Assembly (NCBI GenBank): GCA_028534125.1
Contig: CM052817.1
Span: forward strand, 23,376,001-23,440,000
From: Lama glama
Lineage: Eukaryota
Length of the DNA stretch: 64,000 bases
Direction of reading: 5' to 3'
Part shown: one piece after another, positions 52,571 through 64,000 of the stretch
Layout of the letters: every line of letters begins with the position of its first letter
Position numbering within the stretch: position 1 is the stretch's first letter
Position numbers and translations under genes: made by a program
Notes under the pieces: generated by a model
What the model was told of the DNA's origin: nothing
Databases searched by the model: none
The model's input: the letters and a program-made list of their open reading frames with translations, nothing else

Positions 52571-53279
52571 TTATTAACCACAACTTGTTGCCTCAATAGA
52601 CACAGAGGTTCAGCTTAAACATCTCCTAGGGACATTCTAGCTTTGGACTCTGAGCAGAGGTTCTATATAAAGGAAAAGTGGGCTTGGGTGTTCATGGAAA
52701 GCATGTTGAGAATAATCATATGGTGGTTCATTTCTTTTCTGTGGCATTTCGCTGGAAAGTATTATGGTTAGTGAATCATAAAGACTTAAGTTTTATTTTA
52801 ATAGTTTTTCCTTTTCTTCTCTGGAGCCTCTCTGTCTCTCTTGCATGTACCATACCAGCTCAATGTGACATTCTACTCCCTTTTCTTATCTTCTCTAAAA
52901 GGATGCAAAAATATATTGACAGAAGAAAAAATTAAAATGTCATTATGTGTAATTGTCAAAAACCTCACAATTACCTGGACATTTTAAGAAGGGCGAAATT
53001 AGTTGTTGATATAGACAACATGATTAATTTGTTTGTCCAGTGCTTAAGGCCTATATAGGCCTCCTGGTTCTTGGCAAGTGAAAGAGATGTTTATACCTCT
53101 AGAAGCCATGAGCGAATTTAAGAATATTACGTTTCTTCCTCTGACAAATATTTTTTCAATAATGTTTGCACTTTAGTTCAAAGCTATTTTCCTAACTATC
53201 CTCACTGCATTTTTTGTTTTTATACAAACATACTTCCAAAAATATGACTGAGCAAAAGCAATGAGTTCCATTATGTCTT

Positions 53280-54103
53280 TATATCAGTGAGGGTCCAGTC
53301 AGGAGACAGAAAATACACCAGTAATTTAAACAAGGAATCTTTATTATAAAGAAACATTAGCTTATAAAAAGCATCTAACTACCTCTAAAAGAGGTAAAAG
53401 GGAGTCTACAGAACCCAGAATTAGCAAGTGCAAGTGAATGCATTGTATTATTACTAGGTTGAAGGATACTGGACAAAGAAAGAAAATAAGAACTTATGAA
53501 AGGTTCCTCCACCCAAGACTGGGATTTCAAATTCTTTGAAGAAGGCATGGCTAGAGAGAGACAAGCAGTCCTCCAGTGGCAAAAAAAGGTCTCCAGAGGA
53601 TGCTGGCCATTGTGATCCACAGAAATGTTTTGCCATTGCCAAAGGAGGTGGGCAGATGTGAGCTGGACTTGAGAAATAAATTACTTGTTGCCTGAGGTCA
53701 CACCTGGACCTTCTCTGGAAGCAGATTCATAGGAGATAGTCAGTTGCCTGATGATGGATGAAGTTCATCTGTAAAATTAGCCAGCCAGGTAGCAAGAGCA
53801 TGGGTTAAAAGTTAGGGAACAGCTTCTGTGAAAGACAGTGAGACTAGAACCTGTCTGTGAAGGCTCATGAATTGAGAGCCACCAGACCTCAACGCTGGCA
53901 CTGAATAAAATATGGAAGCAGCACCCAACTGGAGGGAAGTGCCTTCTTGCCACTGTCACCTCACAAGGTCACTCTAGCACTTGTTATTCAAATAATAGTC
54001 TAACAATGTACCAGTTAGAGAAACAGAAATGTGTACAGGGTCCACAAAACTGGGAAAAAAAGGTCAAGTTTGAAGCTGAAAGACTAAAAATTGATATCTG
54101 GCC
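53280..54103 (-). mobile_element. Old ERVL-class LTR
   Basis: tatcagtgagggtccagtcaggagacagaaaatacaccagtaatttaaac...tttattataaagaa matches the U5 end of ancient ERVL LTRs. Subfamily uncertain. Confidence 0.65.
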
Positions 54104-55896
54104 CGATATTTTATCACTAAACAACTTTCCTTAAAAAATTGAACTTATTATCTTAGTTTATCAGAGAAGGAATCTAGATCAGTCCTTTATTCTTCCATTT
54201 ATGTTCCTCATTGGAAGTAATCTGGAGGCATGCTGGCATCATCTCAATACCAAAAAGTATGATGATATTGTCAATTAAGCTGAATGAAGAAATCTGTGTT
54301 TAATTGATTTGAACCAAATACTTTAATAAAATGCTTATTTTGGCAGGTTCAGATACCTCATTAACCAATAAAATCTATGCACATATGCCTTTCTGAATTT
54401 ATTCCCAAGTACATATGTTTATATAGTATGTTTATATTAGTTAGGACATGGGGTTACAAATAGGATAAAATAAAAAATCATTTCCAACTGTGACTTTAGC
54501 CTATATTTTCATCTTGTTCTGAAATGATTAAAATTAAGGACATTGCTGATAATAGAATTTCACATATTGTTCATTGCATGTATTCAGGTAAAAGATTTAC
54601 CAATGTCCAGAGACACTTGTTCACTTACCGGTGTTTTATAACTAGATAGTGGCAGATTGGTCTAGAACTAAAGTCTCATGCTTTGAATCCCAGTTCTTTT
54701 TTCATATGGTCTGGGTTAGAAAGAGCTAATAATAAATACACTGCTTACCATATTATCCTTTCAGAATTAAACAACACTGCTTCTTAGTAGCAAGTACACA
54801 GTGACCTAAGTAAAATATTACTGAATGCTCCATGTTATGTACATGTTAATTCACATAAAGTGGTTTATTTTAATTCAAGTAATGTGAAAATTCTATCTTA
54901 GAATTCTTTAAAAATTAACAGAACATGTAATTTGGTAAGGAAACATTTAATAAAAGAAATCTGTTCAAGAGGAATTATAATATGCCAGGACTATCTTCTA
55001 ACATTAAAGTCACCCCATTTTTCATTTTTTTAAACTTTGTTTGCTAAATATAGGTTATCTGATCTGATTTTTACATTCCCTTGTAGTTCTTAAGAAAATA
55101 ATTTTCCTTTTCTTTAGTTGATACAGAAATGGCAGGAGAAAGTTAAGACTGATAACACAGTACAACAGAGGCTGAAGAAATTACCTGAAATGTCTCTGCA
55201 CAACCATGGGACAAATCCTACTAACCTTCCTTACCTCCTTTGAAATGTTTTTTTGCTTGATATAAATGATAAAGTAGTCACTATCTAAGGATAGACTATG
55301 ACCAGAGGTCAGCTGCGTTAATGTAGCAGATATATAATTTGCTTCTTCTTAAAAAATTGCCATATTCTGGCATGCTTTAATCTGTCAGATTTCAGGGTCA
55401 AATAACTTTCTTAAAGTGGATAGGAACAATTTATCCAGAGGAAGCCAGTATACTGCACTTTAAGGTAGAATGACCCATTCATATCTTACAAAGTTTTAAA
55501 GTTATATTCAGATAGAAAGCAAAGCCACTATAGAGTACAGGAAAGACAATTCAGGTACTAAACATTAGAGCAATTTTTCTTTCAGAGAATGTTATACTTT
55601 CTCTCAAAAATAAACATACTTAAATATGATTCAAATATATAAATCAACTTCAGAGAACAAAGATCATTTTCTATTCCCTACCAGGGAAACCCTTCCAGGC
55701 ACTTAAAGGGATTTCAGAATCATATAGCATCACTGACCACTCTGATTGATTAATGTGAATTGGAGACTTTGAAGCTGAGGAAATTAAATAGGCTATATTG
55801 ATTAAGTATATTTGAGAATATATTACTCAGAATTTAGGGGAAGAATAGAGCCCATAGCTTTTATTTGGTGCTATTTTGTCCATTATTTGCTTATTT

Positions 55897-56136
55897 TATA
55901 TATATTTATATATATATATGTATAATACATACATATATATAATATACACACACACACACACACACATACATATATAAAATGGATTAACTGGAAAGTGATG
56001 AAGTGTAAGCCCTTTTCTGTTCCTGTTTTAAATAAATACTTTTAAACAATACACGTCTACACAGATATGTATACATGTCTATATATATGTACACATATAT
56101 ACATGTATATGCAGATATATATATATATATATACAC
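55897..56136. repeat. Two (TA)n/(CA)n compound microsatellites (~55897-55976 and ~56064-56136)
   Basis: Directly visible. Confidence 0.9.
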
Positions 56137-58131
56137 AAAACCATAATATTCCAGGAGTTGTGCTAATACCACAGACATTTATCTAGAGCTGTGTCCTTGC
56201 ATTTATATAATTACTTATGAAAGGACCTTTAAGAAATGCTGGCTATAGGAAAAATACCATTTTCCCCTTCTAATCCAAACAGGGTATTGGAACCTTCAGA
56301 GTTGAAGCATTAACACTTATCTAGATGCAGGCTCATCAGAGAAGTCATTCTTAGGTCTGCCAAAAGTGCGTCAGCATAACATCTTATCCAAGAGGTATTT
56401 TTTTGATCACTCATAGTGTAACCGTAAGCACTTCAAAAGAAAGTTACAGAAATAAAGCCAATAAGTTTGATTCATTTAATGCAGAATGCATTTAATGAGG
56501 CACTGTGATTGTAAATGAATTCTATTATCTACTTTTTGAAGTGGGTGAAAAATAATACAACTTTCACACAACATGCGCCAAACAAACAGTGCAATAAAAA
56601 TGGCATTGAAATAGATGAGCTTTCTGACAACAGTATTAGTCACATCTTACACACTGACCTTTCTAGTGACAGGGACATTCAGTAAGCTGTTACTAGGAGT
56701 TGGCATTTTCAGAAGTAATAAACCTCTTTAATGTCAGTCACCTGCTTAGCAGGACTACCATCTCTTGACTGATGAGTTTCCTGTGATACAAAAATCCACC
56801 CAAGTGCTTTAAGGATGTTGCCACTATTCAGAAGACACAGTGGCTTATCTCAAAGAATTAGTACCGATATCATTAGCAGCCCCTAGACATTTAGTTATCT
56901 ATAAGAAGATAATGGAAAGAAGTGATGATTGACTAAGCTATACTCTTCAGGCGTATGTACCGATGGAACATGGCTATTATGCAGAGCCAAGGGCTCCATA
57001 TTAATAAAACTCCATTCTCAGGGGGCTCCAAAAGTTTGGAGGCTAGCACACTGCAATTAGACTCTCTCTCAGTTCAATGTCAGCTCCTAATCCTGTTTTT
57101 GATTGAAAGGCATATGGCTTTCAGCTTTTATCTTTATGCTGATTTATCTTACAATGCTCAAATTCTTGAATTTAATGAAATGGATTAATGGTGAACAATT
57201 GGGCTCTTCATTCCTCCTCTGGCTTATCTAAGCAACTATCCATAGTTGTCATTAAAATTTTTCTAAGTTGGAAATTAGGTTATTATATCTCCTTGTATTA
57301 TCTAACACATTTCAATACCACTTGGCCTTCAATAGTAAAATGTGCTATTTGTTAATTCATGTCCTCCTTTTGTATCAGTGCTTGAGCACAGTATGGAATT
57401 AATGAAACCTCAATGTGATATTTCCTTTCTCGCCATAATAAGTTGCTCTAGCACATATTCACTGCATGAGAGACTGTAAAGGGATTTATTTTTTTTAATT
57501 CTTTACAATCACTCTTGGAAACCCAAAGATTAGGCATGTATACACATGTATTTATAGACAGTTGTATCTCAGAAGTAAAATTTGAAAGAAAAGTACTATG
57601 GGTTCATTATATACAAAAAATGATTGCCACATCAGAACATAATTTTGAATATATTGTAAATTTATCACTATGTGTAACCCTCAAGCTTTGTTGATTTCTC
57701 CCAACACTACAACATAAATAAATAGCAATACACACACTTTTAGATGGGAGTCTAGTAAGGATAGTTAAAACGTAAAAATTACAGATTTTTCATGGTGGGA
57801 ACAATCCGCTGATCTTCATACACATTCTTTTCATGTTATTTTGACTATTCACGTTTCAAGTTACTTTGATCTGTTGTCAATTCAACAAAAAATCTTAGGG
57901 CTTGTAGAGAATTTAAGGATTATCCCAAAGGCAAACAAGTATATTTCCCACATGAGGACTTGGTGGTTAATAGAGAGTACACAGCTTGGCCACAACAAAA
58001 CAAAAGCAATATGTGTAGGCCAAAGGCTAGAGCCCAGACCTCCAGACTTTCCAGTATTTCCTTTCCTCTGCAGTACACCCTTTCTGTGGAATGGTGTGAA
58101 AGAGATATCATCTGTTATTCTTTAGTCACTA

Positions 58132-58516
58132 TGCTAGAGGCTGAATGTTTGTGCTCCTCAAAGTTCATATGTTGAAGCTTAATGCCCAGTGTGATGGGGT
58201 TAGGAGATGGGGCCTTTGAGAGGTGATTAGGTCACGAGGCCCTGTCTCTAAATACAGTCACACTGAATGAGGTCAAAAAAGACTCCGAAGAGACTCTTGC
58301 AAGAGATTCCAGAGAGATCCCTCACCCTTTTTACCGTGTGAGGACACAAGGAAAAGACTGTGTATGAATCAGGATGTGGGCTCTCACCAGACATATCTCC
58401 TGGCACCCTGATCTTGGACTTCCCAGTCTCCAGAAGTGTAAGAAATAAATTTATTTTGTTTATAAGCTACCAAGTCTATGGCAATTTTGTTATAGCAGCC
58501 AAAATAGACTAGGACA
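58132..58516 (+). mobile_element. MLT1A-like MaLR solo LTR
   Basis: tgctagaggctgaatgtttgtg...cttggacttcccagtctccagaagtgtaagaaataaat...ttgttatagcagccaaaatagactaggaca. Perfect 5-bp TSD cacta at 58127-58131 and 58517-58521. Confidence 0.93.
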
Positions 58517-61500
58517 CACTATGACAAGACATTATAAGTTTCACATTTATCTTGTTCTGTCTCATAAATCTAATATTTTGCAATTTACTCTGTACAGATA
58601 CAAATCTAACAAGTGATCTTCACTGTTCCTCTCCTGCTAAATGTATTGACTGTGGGTTTGCATTCAGTAGGTTGAAGGCGTAATTTGTGTATCAGGTCAT
58701 AATATTACCCTGTTACTAACTTAATTTTGAGTCACAAAAACTGAACAGGAGATACTACAAAAAAATACATTTTTGTCACTATTGAAAAAATGTGAATGTT
58801 TTTTAGATTTTAAAATCCTATATATTTTAAAAATATATCTTATTCAGAAGAAATTGAATTAAATAATTTAAAAAATAAACATGCTTAAAAGGAAAAAAAA
58901 AAAGAATTATAGAGCACTCCAGCTGCAGTCTTTTATTACATAGTTTGAAAAACCAGAAGGAGTGGCAGAACCAACTTTAAGACACAGAGAGAGGAGGCTC
59001 AGATGTTCAGAAGAACATATAGCCCACATACTCCAATCTCCTCATTTTAATGCTAAAAATAAGGAAGCGATCCTGCTCCTAAATTACTTAAGGTCATGAT
59101 GCTAGACCCTGGCCCACAAACCAATCCTCCAATAGTCAGCAAAGTCAATAAAACTTCTTGAAGTGTTAAAAGTGTTAAAATATATTAGACTTACTTTGAC
59201 ACTGGTATACTTATTTTGAATTTGGCTTTGATAAACTTATATTAAGTTTAAAAAGATGATTATTATTTGGTTAAGTAGTACTAAAGAAATCAACAATAAT
59301 TGGCTTTTAAAAAGAAGGAAGAAAAACTATTATTTTTACATCTGAAATATATGGCAAATAGGATCTCAGTAAATCTGGCATTTTAATAACTTTTTACTCT
59401 GATGTGAATTTCTCCACTTTTAGTAGCACTTTGCTACCTCATCTGTAAAGTGAACATAAAATAAAACAAAGAGCACAATTTACAAGAGAGCACAACATAT
59501 TCCCATGAGACCCCAAATTCCACATACACATCTGAAACATCTAAAACAAGTACTAAGAAAATAGATGTAAATAAAAAAGATCTAAATTGAAGCCTTCTGG
59601 GAAACTTATACTAAAAATTAAATATTAAGTATAATTTTAAATAAAGTTTGGCTTCATTGGATTCTAAAATACTATTTCAAGTTTATTTCTCTTTTTCTAA
59701 ATTGAATGTCCTTGATTCCAACATTACAACCAAGTCAATTAATAAACTTAAAACCAATAGTAGAGAGATAAATGTGAAAGATGTTAAGTAGGAAAAAAAG
59801 ATTTGGTTGAATGGTTCATGGAAAAACAGTATTAGTTAGAAATATTTTATTCTATGATGAAATTTATTGTACTTCTAATTCATCCTTCTATTTCAATCCA
59901 GCCATTATTATTGCCAAAAGAGAATGGGCCAGATTTCCAACCTAAAACTAGTACAGTAGAAGGAAAGAAATATGAGTGTATGTGTGTGATACAAACTTTG
60001 CACTGCAAAGATTGAAATTCAAGAAGCTGTAAACATAATTAAGAATTATATCTGCTGTGATTCAAATCATTTACAAACCAGTGGCTATTTAGAGGTCAAT
60101 ATTGGTAATGCACAGACTTAGAACACATGAGCAGACATGGGAGAAGGAACGCTACACCAACACCATCCCAAGTACTTCCCAGTGACCTCTGTCTAGGAGG
60201 ACAAAAAAGAGACTGATAATCAACACTAAAAATAAAATAGTTTTAATGGCTACATGTGTAGCAATTTGATTAAATATAGACCTACATTAATTTTTATAAA
60301 TGTACAAGCAAATATTGAATTGAGTTAATTCAGAGGAACTTTAATTTATTTTAGTGTCACTCTCCATGTTGTAACTATTTATAATAATCCAGATAGTTAA
60401 ATTTGCACTTCTATTTATTTGTATGATTTATATTTACCTTCCCTACCAAAAAGTAATCATCTTAAAGGAAGACAATCTCCTATTCATTTTGTTTTAGTAC
60501 TTAGTAAAATGTCTGACATATATAATATGTATTGAGTAAGTAGATGTGAAATATTGATGGAATCCATTATATAATATAAGATCATATAACATACTTACAT
60601 CCGTTTTATGGAAATCACTGCTTAACACAATCTGTTTCTACCTAATACATCTGTACACAATAAAAAGAAGTGAGCAACACCCTTTTCCAGGTTGTTGCCT
60701 ATACATTACCTATCCATGTAAAGCATTATATTCACTTATTTAATCAGGTCATCCTCTGCTTTAATAATATTGTATATTTATCATATTTTAATCTTCATAT
60801 CAATTTTAACCACTCCTAGCAAATCAGTTCTAAATATCCCTTCTTTGGGAACAAATATCCTTTAATGTGCTGCATTAAGTGTTGGTACATACACTTTCAA
60901 AATCTTGACATTTTAAATACAACTTCAACATAGCAAACTTCCTAGCAAAAACAAGTAATACTATTCCCAAAAAGCAATTAAAATCAGTATTCAGAAACAC
61001 ATTGCCCCAAACACTTATTTCATAGAATTTTTTAAAATTATATTTTTGAAGGAAGCATTTAGAAAGTTATTTCTGTCCAAATTTGAACATACATTTTAGT
61101 AATGCCCATATTAGATACAGTCGCCTAATGCTGTATTTAAATTGTTCCTTCAGATCTTTCTGCTACATTTCAAATTTTGATCACACACTGAGTTAAAAGC
61201 TCTGTCATAGTCATCTTTACTTCTAGTTTCAATAGCTCTGTAAAATAATTTAGTTTTTATCAATATGGTTATTAAATCAGGGTCAGAATAAAGACTGATC
61301 TAGCCCTAGGAAACACTAGAATGTAAGTAGGTTCAAAGCTATATACTTCGTAAGTGTCCTCATGGAATTTTTAATTAAAAAAAATCCCGGCTTGGGGATT
61401 AGTTTCAACATTACTTAATATATGTATATATTGCATGATCATTAGCTGTTTGTCCATTGGGGGCATATACAATTAGATCCAAAATATTACTGTATTAAGT

Positions 61501-62954
61501 ATCAAGTAACAAATAATTAAAGATAGATTTTTGATACTCACTGCTTACAGTCTACCATTTTAAATTTAAAGATCATTTATCGCCCCCTGAAAAACTGTTG
61601 AAATCAAAAGCATGTTCTAACCGTGATACACTGCGTGATTAAATCTTTACATTTATCTATGTCTGGAAGTTAATAAAATGAAACTCTGGAGAAATAATAA
61701 GATTGCTTTCATCACTACATAGAGACTTCCAGCCATTTCCACTGAAGCCAATAATTTGTCATACTGCAAATAAGAGGAGCACAATTAGTAGCAGAGGAGC
61801 CCTACAGTTTTTGTGCAGACTGTGCTCTCGTCAATGAAAAAGGAAAAATACAGCCTCTCCTAGACAGACACTCGATATTCATCCCAATAAGCCATGCCAT
61901 TTGAGAAAAACATTTCTGACCTTTCCCACCCTCAATTCTGCCTTTCCGTCTCCGGAGCCTACTTTACCTCGGGTATATACCATATATAAATTATAAATAC
62001 CCTAAGCACACAGACATTCACTAGTGCTTTTGTTGTTGTTGTTGTTGTTAACATTTTTGTCAGAGCTTGGGTCTCTAAGAAAACTTGTTTGACATCTTAA
62101 CTATTTAAGTGTCACTTCTTAAATTTCAACATTTTTAAGGGAAATATTTTTAAATTATTAGACTTCCCTGACTTCTTAAACAGAGTGTGTGGAACTTAAT
62201 TTCGTCTTTCCTGATTACTCCACTGTTACGCTAGAAAATCGCTGCAGATTTAACAAGGCTCTTGTGAGATGTGTGGTTAGAAAGGACATACTATGAATCA
62301 TGCATTCTTGAAAAATCCTCTTAATGATGACTTATTTATCTGTCTGTCTCGCTTCCAGTTCACAAAGGTGAATTTGACTCCTTGGGCAATAGAACATAGA
62401 ACTTCTGCTAGACAGATTATTAAATCAAATGTTATATCAGTGTCTTACCCTCTAGAAAATATTTTGTCCTATTTCTATCAATTTTAAAACTTGAGACTAG
62501 CATTTAAAATTTCATGTTTTTTTTTCATAGAGAGTTCAGTTAAGTACAAACACCACTTCTACTTACTTGAAAATTGTTCCAATTTGTTGTTGTTGTTGTC
62601 ACTATCAGAGGAAAAGCATCTGGACCTAAATTCAACTGAAAGCCCAAAGTTGAAAGCTTTGAAGTTAATGGTATTAAAGACTCAATCTGATATCAGTGTC
62701 CTGATTATTGCACCATTTCTGTTGTCTTGATTTCTATTTTCTTGATCAAAAGAGGTCATGTTTTGATATGCTGAGGCCTTGAATCCATCTCATATACTGT
62801 GGCGTAAAAGAAACCAAGGTAGCCACCTTACTTTTCATCACACAGTAACTGGTAAGCAAGCATCAGTCTACTGCTGAACCAGATTTGAATGGAGGTCCAG
62901 CTTGTTTCTGCTGATGGTCTATAGCACTATTTCACCTAAATTTTGTTACTGATA

Positions 62955-63950
62955 TTATTTCCTTTTTTTTCTTATAATGTGCTTATGTTGTTATGATATT
63001 CAGTCTTTAGTTCCTCATACTGGTACCTTGTATTCTCTCTCAATTTCTCCTCCTCTCTTTAAATATTTAGTCTATTTATATGTTTATCAGTTTTACAGAT
63101 ATTTTTCACAGAAGCAGCTTTCAATTTTGTTGACATTATCTACTACTTTTTTTCATTGGTTTCCATTACTGTCTATATTATCATTTATTTGTGTCATTTG
63201 AGGCTACAGTTTCCTTTAAAAACCACTTTAGCTGCACCCCCAAGTTTGGATAGGCTATGTGTTTATTTTCACTCAGTTTCAAAATAATTTCTAATTTTTC
63301 TGTGATTTCATAATCAAAAGTTAATGTTGAGGTGGTGATGATACTTGATTTATTTTTACGCACTTGGGATTTTTCTAGGGATTTTGTGATTAAATGCTAT
63401 AATGGACAGGAACATCCTTTGTATGATGTTTTTAAAAGTTTAAATTTTGTTGATATATGTTCTATGACTTCTCTTATGGTCTAATTTGTAGAATGCTCTA
63501 TTAATATTTGAAAATAAAATGTTGACATTTTAAAATTGAGTGTTCTATAAGTATCAATTAAGTTATTTTATTTGCTACATTTCTTCAATTCTTTTATATT
63601 TATTATGTATTAAGCATGCCCAATCATCATTTCTCTGTGTAGGTCTCTATCTCCACCTGGTATAATTTCCATTTTGTTTGAGAACCTTCGTTTTCTAAAA
63701 CATTTATTGTATTTCATCTTAAAATCTTACTTTTCTTTAACATATATGAAATTGTAGAACTGTTGGTGACAAATTCCTTTTGTTTTTATTCTTTGGAAAA
63801 TATATATATTTTTTCATTTTAAAGGCTATTCTCACTGGACATAATACTCTATGTTGACAGAATTTTTTGGCTTGTTTTGTTTCATAACTCTAATGAAGTT
63901 GTAGTGTCCTCTAGTTTGCATAGTCTGGAATCATCCCTGTATGTATTCCT
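62955..63950 (-). mobile_element. Old L1M fragments (ORF2 endonuclease and ORF1 region)
   Basis: Minus translation LSENKHIAYPNLGVQLKWFLKE resembles L1 ORF2 NENENTTYQNLWDAAKAVL. ttggtgacaaattccttttgtttttatt is a typical ORF1-end antisense motif. Confidence 0.7.
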
Positions 63951-63960
63951 CTGTACAAAA

Positions 63961-64000
63961 TAGATAGGTAGATAGATAGACAGATAGATACATACATACA
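63961..64000. repeat. (TAGA)n/(TACA)n microsatellite running off the window end
   Basis: Directly visible. Confidence 0.9.

Noticed and set aside
55097..55243. Candidate exon after the polypyrimidine-AG (LIQKWQEKVKTD...)
   Set aside because: It runs into a stop, has no clear splice donor and matches no protein I recognise.
1..64000. CRISPR array, operon, intact provirus or other novel multi-gene system
   Set aside because: The DNA is mammalian and repeat-rich, with no regularly spaced repeats, no long ORFs, and no gag/pol/env or PBS/PPT next to the LTRs. All well-defined LTRs are solo.

Overview
This is AT-rich, CpG-poor mammalian genomic DNA. It is most likely from a camelid, because it carries two tRNA-Ala-derived vic-1-type SINEs and cetartiodactyl-type L1 3' ends. 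I found no intact protein-coding exon, RNA gene or CpG island. Nearly all ORFs in the supplied track are chance ORFs or fragments of repeats. The main non-repeat feature, not evident from the ORF track, is an old, heavily decayed, intronless processed pseudogene of SEC63 on the + strand. It spans about 14670 to at least 18135 and includes the 5'UTR, near-complete CDS and 3'UTR. An ERVL-type solo LTR interrupts it just before the J-domain. Its 3'UTR is cut by a TSD-flanked, internally deleted L1 in which ORF1 is fused directly to the extreme end of ORF2. The rest is a layered record of transposable elements: four ERV1-type solo LTRs with clean 4-bp TSDs, MaLR/ERVL LTRs, old L1M, L2 and MIR fragments, and microsatellites, plus a few repeat-free stretches. 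I see no evidence of a novel functional system. Family names come from remembered consensus similarity and need confirmation with Dfam/RepeatMasker and BLAST.
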